Assembly: GCA_038230375.1 (NCBI GenBank) | Contig: JBBRNJ010000001.1 | Location: 32,001 to 96,000 of the forward strand | Length of the DNA: 64,000 nt | Direction: 5' to 3' | From: Polyangiales bacterium | GTDB taxonomy: Bacteria; Myxococcota_A; Polyangia; Polyangiales; Polyangiaceae | Shown: positions 28,116-37,677 of the stretch, piece by piece | Layout of the letters: each line of letters opens with the position of its first letter | How positions within the stretch are numbered: the first letter of the stretch is position 1 | Translations under genes and position numbers: made by a program | The notes under the pieces: generated by a model | Databases searched by the model: none | What the model was told of the DNA's origin: nothing | The model's input: only the letters and a program-made list of their open reading frames with translations

Positions 28116-29519
28116 TCAGCGCGTCAGCTGTCGGTACTCGGCGACCAGGTCGGCCGTGTTCGCGTTGGGCGCGGTCTGCGTCATGAAGCTCGTGGACGGA
28201 CCGACCGCGCTCTTCGCGGATTTGATGCGTGTCCCCGACTCGTCAATACGCGACGCGAACGCATCATGCACGGCTGCGAAGTCCTTCATGCCAGTCGCTG
28301 TCACCAGCGCGGCCTGCTCGTCGGCCGGCAGCTGCTTCGCGTAGAGGGCCTGGAAGTAGTCCCATGCTCCTGCAAACTCGGCCTTCGCGATCATCAGGAT
28401 GTCCATGCCCGCGATGAACGACTGCGCCATCAGGCGACGCTTCTCCGTCAGCGAGAGGTTCTTCGTGCGACCCCAGGTCCAGAACGCGTCACTCACGGTC
28501 ACGCCCTTCAGGCCCATCCCACGCACCGCGGTCGCATGGCCCTGCGCATCCAGCCCGGAGGCCGCTCCGTCGATGCTGCTGTCGCCGCGGAGCACGCCTT
28601 CAAGGATGACGGGAGACAGCGTGGCCGGAGTGCTCGAGCCGTCGAGGATCTTGTAGCTCGCGTGGCTGACCATGGTGCCGAAGTTCGGCCAGGTGCCCGC
28701 TGCGTTCACGGACGCCGTGGCGGAGCGATACGGCGAGAGCTCGCGCTCCACGGCGTCCTTCGTGACGGAGTACGTGTGCACGCTGGGATCCACGTCGGTG
28801 TTGCCGCTCGCGTTGCCCAGACCGGGGAAGTGCTTCGTGATGAAGACCACGTGCTTCTCTTCGCCGTACGCCTTGGTCATTGCCGTGATGCAAGAGGTGA
28901 CGATCTCCGGAGTGGCGTCGATGGCCCGCGTGCGGAACATGCCGGGCGTGCCCGAGTGCTGCGTGTAGAGGTCTGACACCGTACCGAGCGCCATGTTCAT
29001 GCCGATGGCGGACATCTCGCGCGCGGTGATGCGGGCGTGCAGCTCGCACACGCGCGGGCTCTTGTTCTTGGCGACCGCACGACCAAGCGAGGCGCCGTCG
29101 ACAAGATCCGTGAAGCCCTCGAGGGACTTGAAGCGCTGCGTGCCGTGCTCTTCCTGGTCGGCGGCGTAGAACACCTCTGGCGTGCCGGAGTCGTGCGCGC
29201 TGCGCGAGTACGCGGACACCATCTGTCGCGCGGTGGTGCCCGGCGCATTCGTCGGGTTCCACAGGATCACCGCGCCCAGGTTCTTGTGCTTGATCATGTC
29301 GTGCACGTCCGAGTACCCGGAGGGCACGACACCGAAGTGCTCAATCATGAAGAACTGGCCGATCGCCGCGTTCGGCGTTCCCGAGAAGAGCGCTTGCTCT
29401 TGCGACTCGTCCACGCTGCCTTCATCGGGGGCGGAGCTGCACGCCGCGAGCGAGAGGACCGCTGCGGAGAGGAAGAGCGCACGACCAGAGGACGCGAGGT
29501 GAGCGAGGCGCATAGGCAT
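28116..29519 (-). CDS. Glycoside hydrolase family 3 N-terminal domain lipoprotein (NagZ-like, divergent); start may be 29513
   Basis: LAAC lipobox; ADQEE, TKHFPG, MVSHA, GVTVSD, AGMDILM. Confidence 0.85.
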   Translation of the reverse strand: MPMRLAHLASSGRALFLSAAVLSLAACSSAPDEGSVDESQEQALFSGTPNAAIGQFFMIEHFGVVPSGYSDVHDMIKHKNLGAVILWNPTNAPGTTARQMVSAYSRSAHDSGTPEVFYAADQEEHGTQRFKSLEGFTDLVDGASLGRAVAKNKSPRVCELHARITAREMSAIGMNMALGTVSDLYTQHSGTPGMFRTRAIDATPEIVTSCITAMTKAYGEEKHVVFITKHFPGLGNASGNTDVDPSVHTYSVTKDAVERELSPYRSATASVNAAGTWPNFGTMVSHASYKILDGSSTPATLSPVILEGVLRGDSSIDGAASGLDAQGHATAVRGMGLKGVTVSDAFWTWGRTKNLSLTEKRRLMAQSFIAGMDILMIAKAEFAGAWDYFQALYAKQLPADEQAALVTATGMKDFAAVHDAFASRIDESGTRIKSAKSAVGPSTSFMTQTAPNANTADLVAEYRQLTR

Positions 29520-29524
29520 GATGT

Positions 29525-29540
29525 AGCAGAATGTATGCCC
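29525..29540 (-). promoter_or_regulatory. Candidate sigma54 promoter for the GH3 gene
   Basis: Minus strand GGGCATACATTCTGCT fits GG-N10-GC; AT-rich tract next to it upstream. Confidence 0.45.
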
Positions 29541-29622
29541 ATGTGTACGTAAGTAATTACAGTCACTTGGCTGGCACCCACCCACTCGTTCCAGGCCCGG
29601 TGATGGACGATGGATCCAGATC

Positions 29623-29686
29623 GGGGGTCGAGGGCGACGTCGAGGTCGACGGCGAGGTCGAGGTTGGGGTCGAAGTCGAGGTCGGC
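29623..29686. repeat. Degenerate (GTCGAG)n hexamer repeat, reverse complement of the 10.2 kb repeat
   Basis: gtcgagggcgacgtcgaggtcgacggcgaggtcgaggttggggtcgaagtcgaggtc. Confidence 0.7.
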
Positions 29687-29762
29687 TTGTCGCTCGTCGG
29701 GGTGACAGGGCGAGGCACCGATTTCGAGATCGGCGGGGTTGTCTCGCGACACTTTGGGGACG

Positions 29763-30659
29763 ATGCGATTCGAATTCGACGACTTCACCCTGGATACCAA
29801 TGTGTTCGAGCTTCGGCGCGCGGGGGTCTTGCGCCCGTTGCAGCCGAAGCCACTCGACCTGCTTCGCTATCTCATCGAGAACCGCGACCGCGTGGTGCTG
29901 AAGCGAGAGCTCCTGTCCCACCTCTGGGCCGACGTGCGCGTGACCGAGAACGCGCTCGCGCAGGCCGTGGCATGCGTGCGAGAGGCGCTGGCCGATGCAT
30001 CAGCGGCGGCCATCGTGGGTATGCGCGGACGCGGCTACCGCTTCGTGCTCCCCGTGACGGAGCTCATGGACGAGCCGCGGCGCACGCCCGAGCGCGGCAA
30101 GATCGGCTTCGTTGCGCCGCCCGGGATGGCGCTGGACCTGGACGTCGCGCTGCACGCGAAGGACACCGTAGGCGTTCGCACCGTGACGACGCACGCACGT
30201 GCATGCAAACCGCTCGGCAGCTTCCGCGCTCTGCTTGGCGCGCATGCGGATGCGTTTCCGGACGACACGGTTGACGGGCTCCCGCTCTGCCATGCGCTGA
30301 CTTCCGCCGAGACCGAGCTCGCGCTCGCGGAGCTCGTCACCGCGTTCATGGAGGACGAGACGCGTCAGGCCACCGTGATGATCCTGGAGGGCCTCGAGCA
30401 TGCAGACGTGTCGTCGCTGCTCTTGTTCTGTCATCTGGTGGAGCGGCCGCGCGGCGCCGTCACGCTCGTGGGCACGAGCGACCTGGGCGTGCTGCGACCC
30501 GACGGCGTGGTCGCGCGTCTGCTCTCGCCACACGTGGAGGCCGAAGAAGGTCGCGAGCAACGATGGTCGGAGACGGCGCCTACGTCACGCATGGGCGTTC
30601 GCCGCGACAAGGTCAGCGACAACGATGGTGGCGAGCTCACTTCGGCACTCGCGCGATGA
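29763..30659 (+). CDS. OmpR/CadC-type winged-helix regulator with degenerate AAA/STAND remnant
   Basis: FDDFTLD, LQPKPLDLLRYLIENRDRVV, GRGYRF; ILEGLEHAD resembles the Walker B region. Confidence 0.8.
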   Translation: MRFEFDDFTLDTNVFELRRAGVLRPLQPKPLDLLRYLIENRDRVVLKRELLSHLWADVRVTENALAQAVACVREALADASAAAIVGMRGRGYRFVLPVTELMDEPRRTPERGKIGFVAPPGMALDLDVALHAKDTVGVRTVTTHARACKPLGSFRALLGAHADAFPDDTVDGLPLCHALTSAETELALAELVTAFMEDETRQATVMILEGLEHADVSSLLLFCHLVERPRGAVTLVGTSDLGVLRPDGVVARLLSPHVEAEEGREQRWSETAPTSRMGVRRDKVSDNDGGELTSALAR

Positions 30660-31818
30660 TGCCGAGCGCTGAGTCCGAATAGAACGCGTATGTGCCGTCC
30701 GCGACGATGCGGCCGCCCGCCGACAGGCCCGTCACGAGGACAGTCGATGCGCCGCCGATCTTCGGCACCTTGCGCACCTCGGTCTGGGTGGTGAAGTAGA
30801 CCGTGTCCGTGTCTATCGCGACGCCCACCGCGCCCGTGAGCGCGTTCGCCAGCGTGAGCGTGGTCTTGTCCACCACCGAGACGCGGACGATGTTCCCGCC
30901 GTTGGCGACGAACGCATAGTCGGCGTCGATGACCACGTCGATGGGCTCCTTCCCGAGCACGACCGGCGTGGTGGTGGCACCGACGGAATCGATGATGCCC
31001 AGCGCGGCGCCGCCAAGATCCGCCGCGTACACGAACGAGTTGTCCGTGGTCACAGCCACGCCGAAGACGTGGACAAGGAGATTCGTGGACTCTGCACCGA
31101 AGCTCATGGTCCCGGTCTTTCCGAAGTAGCGCACCTCCGTGCCGCTCGCCGCGTAGATGACGTTCGAGCTCAGCGCGATGCCCTGAATATCCGCAGGCGC
31201 GGGCATGCGGCCAGTGAGCACCGCGCCGGTGCCGTCCACCTTGGACGCACGCCAGACGTTCTCCGCACCGTCCTCCGCCGCGTCGTTCCAGTACACGGTC
31301 GTCGCGTCAACGGCGATCCCGCGCGGGAAGCCGTCGTCCATGGCGAGCGTGACCGTGGCGCCTCCGGTCTTCGAGACCTTCGACACAGGATTGGGATCGC
31401 CGACAGTGCCCAGATGTCCCATCTCCGTGAAGAACACCTCGGCTCCATCCGCAGCGAGATACAGCGGGTTTTTCAGGTTCTTGGCGAGCACGAGCGGCTG
31501 ACACACGTTCGACACGCACGGGTTGCCATGGCAATCGATCACGCACGCGGCGCCATCGGCGCTTGCATCAGAAGCGTCAGAGGTCAGGCCATCGAACGCA
31601 GCATCGTGCGCATCGGATGATCCCGACGAGTCGCCCACGACCGCACCATCATCGTGGCGACTCGCACCTTCGAGCGAGCCGTCCTGTCCGGTGTCCACTG
31701 GCTCTGTGAGATCGCCCAGGCGCACGTCGGAAGTGCACGCGAGTAGCCAGGTGACCGAGAGCGGCGTGGCCAGGAGCGCGGCGCGAAGCGCGTGGAGCGT
31801 CTTGCCGCGTTGCCTCAT
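30637..31818 (-). CDS. Beta-propeller lipoprotein (repeated IAVD-x3-VYW blades)
   Basis: LLAC lipobox; repeats LAADGAEVFF, IAVDATTVYW, VAIDTDTVYF, KVPKIGG. Confidence 0.8.
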   Translation of the reverse strand: MRQRGKTLHALRAALLATPLSVTWLLACTSDVRLGDLTEPVDTGQDGSLEGASRHDDGAVVGDSSGSSDAHDAAFDGLTSDASDASADGAACVIDCHGNPCVSNVCQPLVLAKNLKNPLYLAADGAEVFFTEMGHLGTVGDPNPVSKVSKTGGATVTLAMDDGFPRGIAVDATTVYWNDAAEDGAENVWRASKVDGTGAVLTGRMPAPADIQGIALSSNVIYAASGTEVRYFGKTGTMSFGAESTNLLVHVFGVAVTTDNSFVYAADLGGAALGIIDSVGATTTPVVLGKEPIDVVIDADYAFVANGGNIVRVSVVDKTTLTLANALTGAVGVAIDTDTVYFTTQTEVRKVPKIGGASTVLVTGLSAGGRIVADGTYAFYSDSALGIIARVPK

Positions 31819-32630
31819 GGCTTCTTGGGCTCTGCGATCAGAGCACGCACGCGCTCGTCGTAGGTGCTGCCCGGGTTCCGGGCGAGGAAGCTCTGGGCAA
31901 GCGCGCGCGCGCCGGCGGTGTCTCCCTTTGCAGAGAGCGCCTCTATGCGGACGAGCGTTGCCTCCTGGCCCAGGATCTTCGGCGCGGGCGCCGCGTCGTA
32001 CCTGTCCAGCTCCACGAGCGCGGCGCGCGGATCACCACGCCCGATCGCGCTGCGGGCGCGGTCCAGGATCGCGGTCTCTTCGGCGAGCCCAAGCGGCGCG
32101 CGCGCGACCGGCTTTGCAATGCGGTCCGTGATGGTCGCGGGGGAGCTCGCTGTCGGCGCGGTGTCCACCTTGGGCCCGAGGCTGCTTGCGACCGCGGTCT
32201 CCAGCGAGGACGCTGAGGCGGCCGGCACATTCGCCGGCAGGCCATTCTCTTTCTGAACGGATGCGGCAGGGCCGATCGCGGGAGGCGCGGCCTGCGTGAT
32301 TGCTGGTGTTGCGGAGGAAGGCGACGGCGGCGTGTCTCCCCCGCCCTTCGAATAAAGCCCGATCGCAAGCGCGCCCACGGCCAGGCCGATGACGACGACC
32401 CACTTCAGCGTGGCGCCGCCACTCGCCGCGACCTGCGCGCCGGGGCCCGTTGCTGCTGCGTTCTTCGGTGGCTCCGCGGGACTGCCCAACGGGACCGGCT
32501 CTGGTGAGAGCGCGGCCAGCGTGAGCGCGCGGCGCCCTGCATCCGGCACGTCGTCCGTGGCGGACGCGAGCATCTCGCGAAGGAAACTGTCCTCCGCGCC
32601 GTCGTCAACCAGTCGTTCGAGGTCGCTCAT
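31815..32630 (-). CDS. Putative anti-sigma factor: cytoplasmic N-terminus, TM, Pro/Ala linker, C-terminal TPR-like domain
   Basis: Translationally coupled to the ECF sigma; LAEETAILDRAR...EATLVRIEAL...FLARNPGS. Confidence 0.72.
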   Translation of the reverse strand: MSDLERLVDDGAEDSFLREMLASATDDVPDAGRRALTLAALSPEPVPLGSPAEPPKNAAATGPGAQVAASGGATLKWVVVIGLAVGALAIGLYSKGGGDTPPSPSSATPAITQAAPPAIGPAASVQKENGLPANVPAASASSLETAVASSLGPKVDTAPTASSPATITDRIAKPVARAPLGLAEETAILDRARSAIGRGDPRAALVELDRYDAAPAPKILGQEATLVRIEALSAKGDTAGARALAQSFLARNPGSTYDERVRALIAEPKKP

Positions 32631-33298
32631 GCTCCCCCCTTTCGCGGGCTGGTTCTCTTTGCCTGAAGTCGCTTCGCGGAGTCACGTACGTCCTCGCGGG
32701 CGCGACGCAGCCGCGACGCACACGTTCCGCTCGGCACATCCAGCAGCGCGGCGATCTCCGGGATGGAGAGACCCTCGAGCTCGAAGAGGACAAATACCTC
32801 ACGGCTCTCGTCAGGCAGCTCCGCGAGCAGGAGGTCGAGCATGGCGCGCGCTTGCTTGCGTGACGCGAGCTCCTCGGGACCGGGTGAAGCATCCGCCAGT
32901 CCAAGCACCGCGTCTTCGTCTCCGCGCTCGCGCCGGTCCCGTCTGCGCGACTCCATCGCGACGAGCGGCGCCGCCCTGTAGAGGAACGCCTTCTCGCGCC
33001 CCACTTCGATGCTCGCGAGCCGCTTCCCGGCCACCACGAACACCTGCTGCGTGGCGTCGTCCGCGGCGGCTGCGGAAAGCCCGAGCCGACGGAGCGTGCG
33101 CCACACGAAGTCGTAGTTGACCTCGGCAATCTCATGAAGCCGCGCGCGCTCCTCGCGTGTGGAAGCCACATCAGGCGGCTCGGCTGCGGAGGATGCCTCC
33201 GCGTGCGTTCCACCGGAGCTCGGCGAGCGCTCCTCTGTGCGTGCCTCGGTGGAGAGCATGGGCCCTTCTCCATGTTTCGGGGCCTCTTCTTCGATCAC
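32627..33298 (-). CDS. ECF RNA polymerase sigma factor
   Basis: YDFVWRTLRRLG, DDATQQVF, VFVLFELEGLSIPEIAALLDVPSGTCASRLRRAR. Confidence 0.92.
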   Translation of the reverse strand: MIEEEAPKHGEGPMLSTEARTEERSPSSGGTHAEASSAAEPPDVASTREERARLHEIAEVNYDFVWRTLRRLGLSAAAADDATQQVFVVAGKRLASIEVGREKAFLYRAAPLVAMESRRRDRRERGDEDAVLGLADASPGPEELASRKQARAMLDLLLAELPDESREVFVLFELEGLSIPEIAALLDVPSGTCASRLRRAREDVRDSAKRLQAKRTSPRKGGA

Positions 33299-33313
33299 GA
33301 AATCGGCTGCCTT

Positions 33314-34432
33314 TCACGAAAACACGTGGAACCCCAGGAAGAGGCCACCGAAGACCCCCAGTGAGGGTAGCTCGTACAGCGTCACGCCGGGAGTGGAACC
33401 CGCGCCCGCCGCGTAGAACCGCTGCCGGACGAGCGGCGCAGACACGCCGACATCTCCCCCCACGAAGAACCTGTTCGTGATCGCCCACTCGGCGCTGAGG
33501 CTGCCGCCGAGCGCGATGGACACGCGGGAGTCCTTCTGCGCATTCGCGAGCCCGTCGGCATGGGCCGTGAGCAACCCGCCATCGACCACGCCGCACGACG
33601 CCAGCACGAGCCTGCCTCGCACGACGCGAAGCGGACACGCCGAGAAACGAACGCCCGTCCAGCCAAGCGAAGCGGACGCGGTGCCCGAGCTCGTGACGGT
33701 CTTCGTGCTCTGACCGAAGGTGCCGATCACCTCGAGACGCGCCGCGGGCGAGAGCAGCGAAGGACGCACCCACACGCCCTCGATCATCCCGCCGAGCTCC
33801 GGTGCGACATTGGGGAGCGGCGCGGAGCGGGCGCCACCACGCGCGGCGGCAGAGAGGGCGAAGGTCGAAGAGCGCGGTGGTGGAACGAGCCGCACGATGG
33901 GGGGCGGCGGAGGAGGTGGTGGAGGTTGCGGAGCGGGTGGAGGGGAAGGGTCGGGTGGAGGGGAAGGGTCGGGCGGAGGGGAAGGGTCGGGCGGAGGCGA
34001 AGGCGGAGGCGTCAGATCTGGGGCTGGCTTCGTGGACGCATGAGGATCGATCGCCAGGGCCGCTACCAGCGCCAGCGCCGAGACGACCTCTGCGCACGAC
34101 TGGCCCACGACCTCTCGCGTTGCGCTCTTGCCATCGGCGCTCAGTGTCAGCGTCCCGCGAACTCCCGCAGCTGCTCGCCCAGAAGCCCCGTCGTGACGGC
34201 CCACGGCAACGTGCAGGAGGCGACGCTCGCCGCTCTGCACCACCACGATCTTGGACGTCCGCGCCGTCAGCTCCGTCACGAAGACCGTCTCGTCGGGACA
34301 GCCCTTCTCGGTGACCACGTACTCCACGCGCACGGGCTCACGCTCTTCGTCCGCGGACACGGGGCGCGCAGAGAAGCAGATCCCGATGAGCACGACGAGC
34401 ACTGCGGAGAGGCGTGGGATCAACGCGCGCAC
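33314..34432 (-). CDS. Exported protein with Cys-pair domain, Pro-rich linker and probable C-terminal beta-barrel
   Basis: Signal peptide; CPDE...SCAEVVSALALVAALAIDP; amphipathic strands ending GLFLGFHVFS. Confidence 0.72.
   Translation of the reverse strand: MRALIPRLSAVLVVLIGICFSARPVSADEEREPVRVEYVVTEKGCPDETVFVTELTARTSKIVVVQSGERRLLHVAVGRHDGASGRAAAGVRGTLTLSADGKSATREVVGQSCAEVVSALALVAALAIDPHASTKPAPDLTPPPSPPPDPSPPPDPSPPPDPSPPPAPQPPPPPPPPPIVRLVPPPRSSTFALSAAARGGARSAPLPNVAPELGGMIEGVWVRPSLLSPAARLEVIGTFGQSTKTVTSSGTASASLGWTGVRFSACPLRVVRGRLVLASCGVVDGGLLTAHADGLANAQKDSRVSIALGGSLSAEWAITNRFFVGGDVGVSAPLVRQRFYAAGAGSTPGVTLYELPSLGVFGGLFLGFHVFS
33939..33992. repeat. 18-bp tandem repeat x3 encoding PPPDPS
   Basis: ggaggggaagggtcggg[t/c] three times. 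Confidence 0.9.
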
Positions 34433-34437
34433 GTGAT

Positions 34438-34935
34438 TCAGTGGATGCAGGCGTAGGCCTTGTTCGGCAATACGCAGGCGTACACGAGCTGACCGGAGCC
34501 GTCCGTCAGTCCAGAGCTCGTGCAGCAGTTGGATTTGCAGTCGATGCTGGTGTTGCACTTCGTGAAGCACGCGCGCTCTCCAGACGCGATGTCCTGCGCG
34601 CACACGTCGCCCGTGCAGCACTCCGACTGGTCCTTGCACGGCTGAACGCCATCACGCTCCTTCGCGCAGTTCAGCGGACACCCCTTTGCAGGGCAGCACA
34701 TCTGCACGCTCTTCAGCTTGGTACAGGTAGGGCCAGCGGCGATGCTCGTGTCGAGGCACTCCGGATCGCCAGCGCACGTCCTGGTGCAGAAACCCTGATC
34801 GCACGTGGTCGACGCCCCGCAGTCACTCACGGAGTCGCAGAGAGCACCTGGAGCGCTCCCGACCTTCTTCGAGCACGCGACAACGCCGATGAAGAGGAAC
34901 GCGGCAAGAACTGCTGCCGTTCGCTGCATGAGCAT
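34438..34935 (-). CDS. Cys-rich lipoprotein
   Basis: VVAC lipobox; dense Cys pattern. Confidence 0.78.
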   Translation of the reverse strand: MLMQRTAAVLAAFLFIGVVACSKKVGSAPGALCDSVSDCGASTTCDQGFCTRTCAGDPECLDTSIAAGPTCTKLKSVQMCCPAKGCPLNCAKERDGVQPCKDQSECCTGDVCAQDIASGERACFTKCNTSIDCKSNCCTSSGLTDGSGQLVYACVLPNKAYACIH

Positions 34936-35020
34936 GCCAGCAGGATACCCTTATTCGTGCGCTGCCGGAGCTTCCTCGAGGACGCCAGCGAGGTGCGTGA
35001 GCACGGCGGCGCGAGCAGAC

Positions 35021-36826
35021 CTAGAACAGCGGTGCCGACTCGACGGATTTCGGGGCGGGGATGCCCAGCAGGTCCGCGGCATTCCGCGCGAAGGCGCGAT
35101 ACGTGAGAGGCGTGTCCACGATGCGCCCGTGCGATGACGCGCGGCCGGGCCGTACGAACAGGGGCACTGCGCGATCGAACACCATGTCCGTCCCGTGGCT
35201 CGTCCCCTTGCCTATGGCGTAGTTCGGATCGAAGAAGCTACCGGGCTTGGTCAGGACGTAGAGCTCGCCCCCAGCGTCCTTCGCATGCGCGCGGCACAAG
35301 AGCGCATCCTGGCTCTCGATCTCGTCGGGTGGGCATGCATCCGGAAACTCCTCCGGCGAGAGCACCCTGGCCACGCCGGGATGCAAGAGCAGCGCGGCCT
35401 TCACTGCGGCGAGCATCTCCTTCTTGCGCGCGGGCGCGAGCTTCTTTGCGGCGTCGGTGAGCCACACGTATGGATCGGCGATGCCCGCGATCCAGCGCCC
35501 CTTGCCCAGCGTCTTCACGGCAACGGCGTCGAGCTCTTCGCCCAGCGGCTCCAGCAACAGACGCTCGCCCTTCTCGCACGGACGCTTCCAGCGATCGACG
35601 TAGCCCGGCGCGCAGTATGGACGGAGCGCCATGTTGCCCGCCGTCTCCGGCATGGGCGCGGTGCCGTGGTCGGCTGAGAGCACCGCGGACCAGCCTCCGG
35701 CGCCAAAGCGTCCGTCGAGCGCGGTGAAGAACGCGGCGAGCTCCTGGTCCAGGCGATCGAGCTCGTCCCACGCTTCCATGGAGTCCGGCCCGAACACGTG
35801 ACTGATGTAGTCGTTCGACGAGAGCGAGATGGCGACGAGCGTCGGGTGGTAGCCCGCTGCGCGCTCATCCATGGCACGCAGCGCCATGGAGAGGAGCACG
35901 CGATCGCCGAAGGGTGTCATGCGGAACGCCTTCGTGGGGGACGACGCGGCGCTGAGGTCATGCGGGTAGGTCGCCTTGAGCCCCACGTAGTCGCCCTCGC
36001 CGTCCTGTCCGTCGGCGGATGCAGTGTGGCCCTTGACCCAGTCCGGCCGCAGCGGCGCGTCCCATGATCTTCCGGCGTAGGGCTCGTGATCTTCCTTCCA
36101 CGCGGCGGCGAGCCACGGCGGAGGGGTGCGTGTGAACGCGGTGGACGTGATGAAGTTGCCCTTCGTTTGGTCGTACCAGACCACGTCCGTGGGCGCACGA
36201 CCGCCGCCGAAGATGGCGCCGCGATCCTTGAGCGACATGCTGATGATCACAGCGTCGGGCTTTGCGGCGCGCAGGCTGTCCGCAAGCGTGGGGACGCGCA
36301 GCGCTGCGATCGAGGAGCTCACGTCGCCCTCGCGCGGGCCCTGCGTGCCGACCGCTGTCGCCTTTGGATCACGGAGCGAGGACACGCGCGCCAGCGCCTC
36401 GTCCATGCGCTCGTTGGACACGATGCCATTCTGGTGCGGCGTCACGCCCGTGTAGAGCGCGGCATGCCCGGGGGCCGTGTCGGTGACCGCGTGCGCGAAC
36501 CGCATCTCGCGCGCGTAGGTGCCCTCGCGCGCGAGCCTGGCAAAGCCTCCGTCCGGCCGCAGCGCGGACATGCGGTCGGACATCACCCATGCCGCGAGCT
36601 GATCGACCACGATCGTGACGACCACGGGAAAAGGCGCCTGACCGTCCGTGGGCGGCGACGTAGAACGCGACGGGGGACCCGGGTACGGCAGGGCCGTACT
36701 CGCCGTGGCAGCGTCGGCCTTCACCGCAGCGTCCCCCCTTGCCACAGCCTCGGGCTGCGGAGAGCTGTCCTTGCATGCTTGTATACTGCACACAAAAACA
36801 ACCACGAGCGCGGCGACCGTCCTCAC
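35021..36826 (-). CDS. Alkaline phosphatase superfamily lipoprotein (PafA-like)
   Basis: IVVDQL, TDTAPGHA (Thr nucleophile), SLKDRGA, DYISH, SADHG, SHG. Confidence 0.9.
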   Translation of the reverse strand: MRTVAALVVVFVCSIQACKDSSPQPEAVARGDAAVKADAATASTALPYPGPPSRSTSPPTDGQAPFPVVVTIVVDQLAAWVMSDRMSALRPDGGFARLAREGTYAREMRFAHAVTDTAPGHAALYTGVTPHQNGIVSNERMDEALARVSSLRDPKATAVGTQGPREGDVSSSIAALRVPTLADSLRAAKPDAVIISMSLKDRGAIFGGGRAPTDVVWYDQTKGNFITSTAFTRTPPPWLAAAWKEDHEPYAGRSWDAPLRPDWVKGHTASADGQDGEGDYVGLKATYPHDLSAASSPTKAFRMTPFGDRVLLSMALRAMDERAAGYHPTLVAISLSSNDYISHVFGPDSMEAWDELDRLDQELAAFFTALDGRFGAGGWSAVLSADHGTAPMPETAGNMALRPYCAPGYVDRWKRPCEKGERLLLEPLGEELDAVAVKTLGKGRWIAGIADPYVWLTDAAKKLAPARKKEMLAAVKAALLLHPGVARVLSPEEFPDACPPDEIESQDALLCRAHAKDAGGELYVLTKPGSFFDPNYAIGKGTSHGTDMVFDRAVPLFVRPGRASSHGRIVDTPLTYRAFARNAADLLGIPAPKSVESAPLF

Positions 36827-36830
36827 GCGA

Positions 36831-37604
36831 TCACTTGGCGGGAGCGGCAGCAGCGCCGGAGCAGACCTTCGGCTTGCCTTCGACCTTGTAGGTGACGCCC
36901 GTCTCCATCTTCTTGTACTTCACGAGGGCGCTGGTGCCCGTGGCCTTGCCTGCCTCGCAGGTGCCGTTCGAGATCTCGCCGAAGTCGTTCAGCTGCTCGA
37001 ACTTGCCGTCCTCCGTGTCCACCAGGCGCGCCTTCACGGACGTGCCGGAGACGTTGAGCACGAAGATCTCCAGGTCGCCGTCCAGGTCGAGATCCTTCAC
37101 GGAGATGATGTCGTTCTCGGGGACGGGCGCGTTGACCTTCACCTTCGTGCCCTCGGTCACGATGAGGTTGTGCGTTGGGGGGAGCTTCGCATCGCAGGGC
37201 GTGATGTTGACCAGGTAGAGCGTCTCCTTCGCCTTCGACGTGGTGAACGCGCCATCGTAGCCGCCGTCGACCTCGATGAGCGCGTCACCCTTGCCGGTGC
37301 ACTCCTTCTTGGTCTTGCGGAATGTCTTGAAGCCGGAGTTGATCTGCTTGCCGTACGTCTCCGGCTTTGCAACGGGCGCCATGGGCGGGATCGCCTCGAG
37401 GTCAACCAGGAGGAGCCAGCCGTCATCCTTGGGGGGCATTGCCGCGCCGCCGTCGTCAGCCATGGCCATGGCGCCGCCATCTGCGACGACCGCGCCAGCG
37501 TCGGGCATGTCCGCGGGCGGCGGCGGCTTCGGCGGAGTGCCGGGCCCGCAGGCGGCGAGGGTCGCAAGGAGTGCAGCAGTGAATGCGGTGGTTGCCCTGG
37601 TCAT
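36831..37604 (-). CDS. Hypothetical lipoprotein
   Basis: LAAC lipobox; DLDLDGDLE FG-GAP/Ca-binding-like motif. Confidence 0.75.
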   Translation of the reverse strand: MTRATTAFTAALLATLAACGPGTPPKPPPPADMPDAGAVVADGGAMAMADDGGAAMPPKDDGWLLLVDLEAIPPMAPVAKPETYGKQINSGFKTFRKTKKECTGKGDALIEVDGGYDGAFTTSKAKETLYLVNITPCDAKLPPTHNLIVTEGTKVKVNAPVPENDIISVKDLDLDGDLEIFVLNVSGTSVKARLVDTEDGKFEQLNDFGEISNGTCEAGKATGTSALVKYKKMETGVTYKVEGKPKVCSGAAAAPAK

Positions 37605-37677
37605 GGCCGAGGAACTTACTCGAACCAGGGCGGATCGCGGGATGGAAAATGGCGGAACGGGGCGGCGGCTCGGCGGG

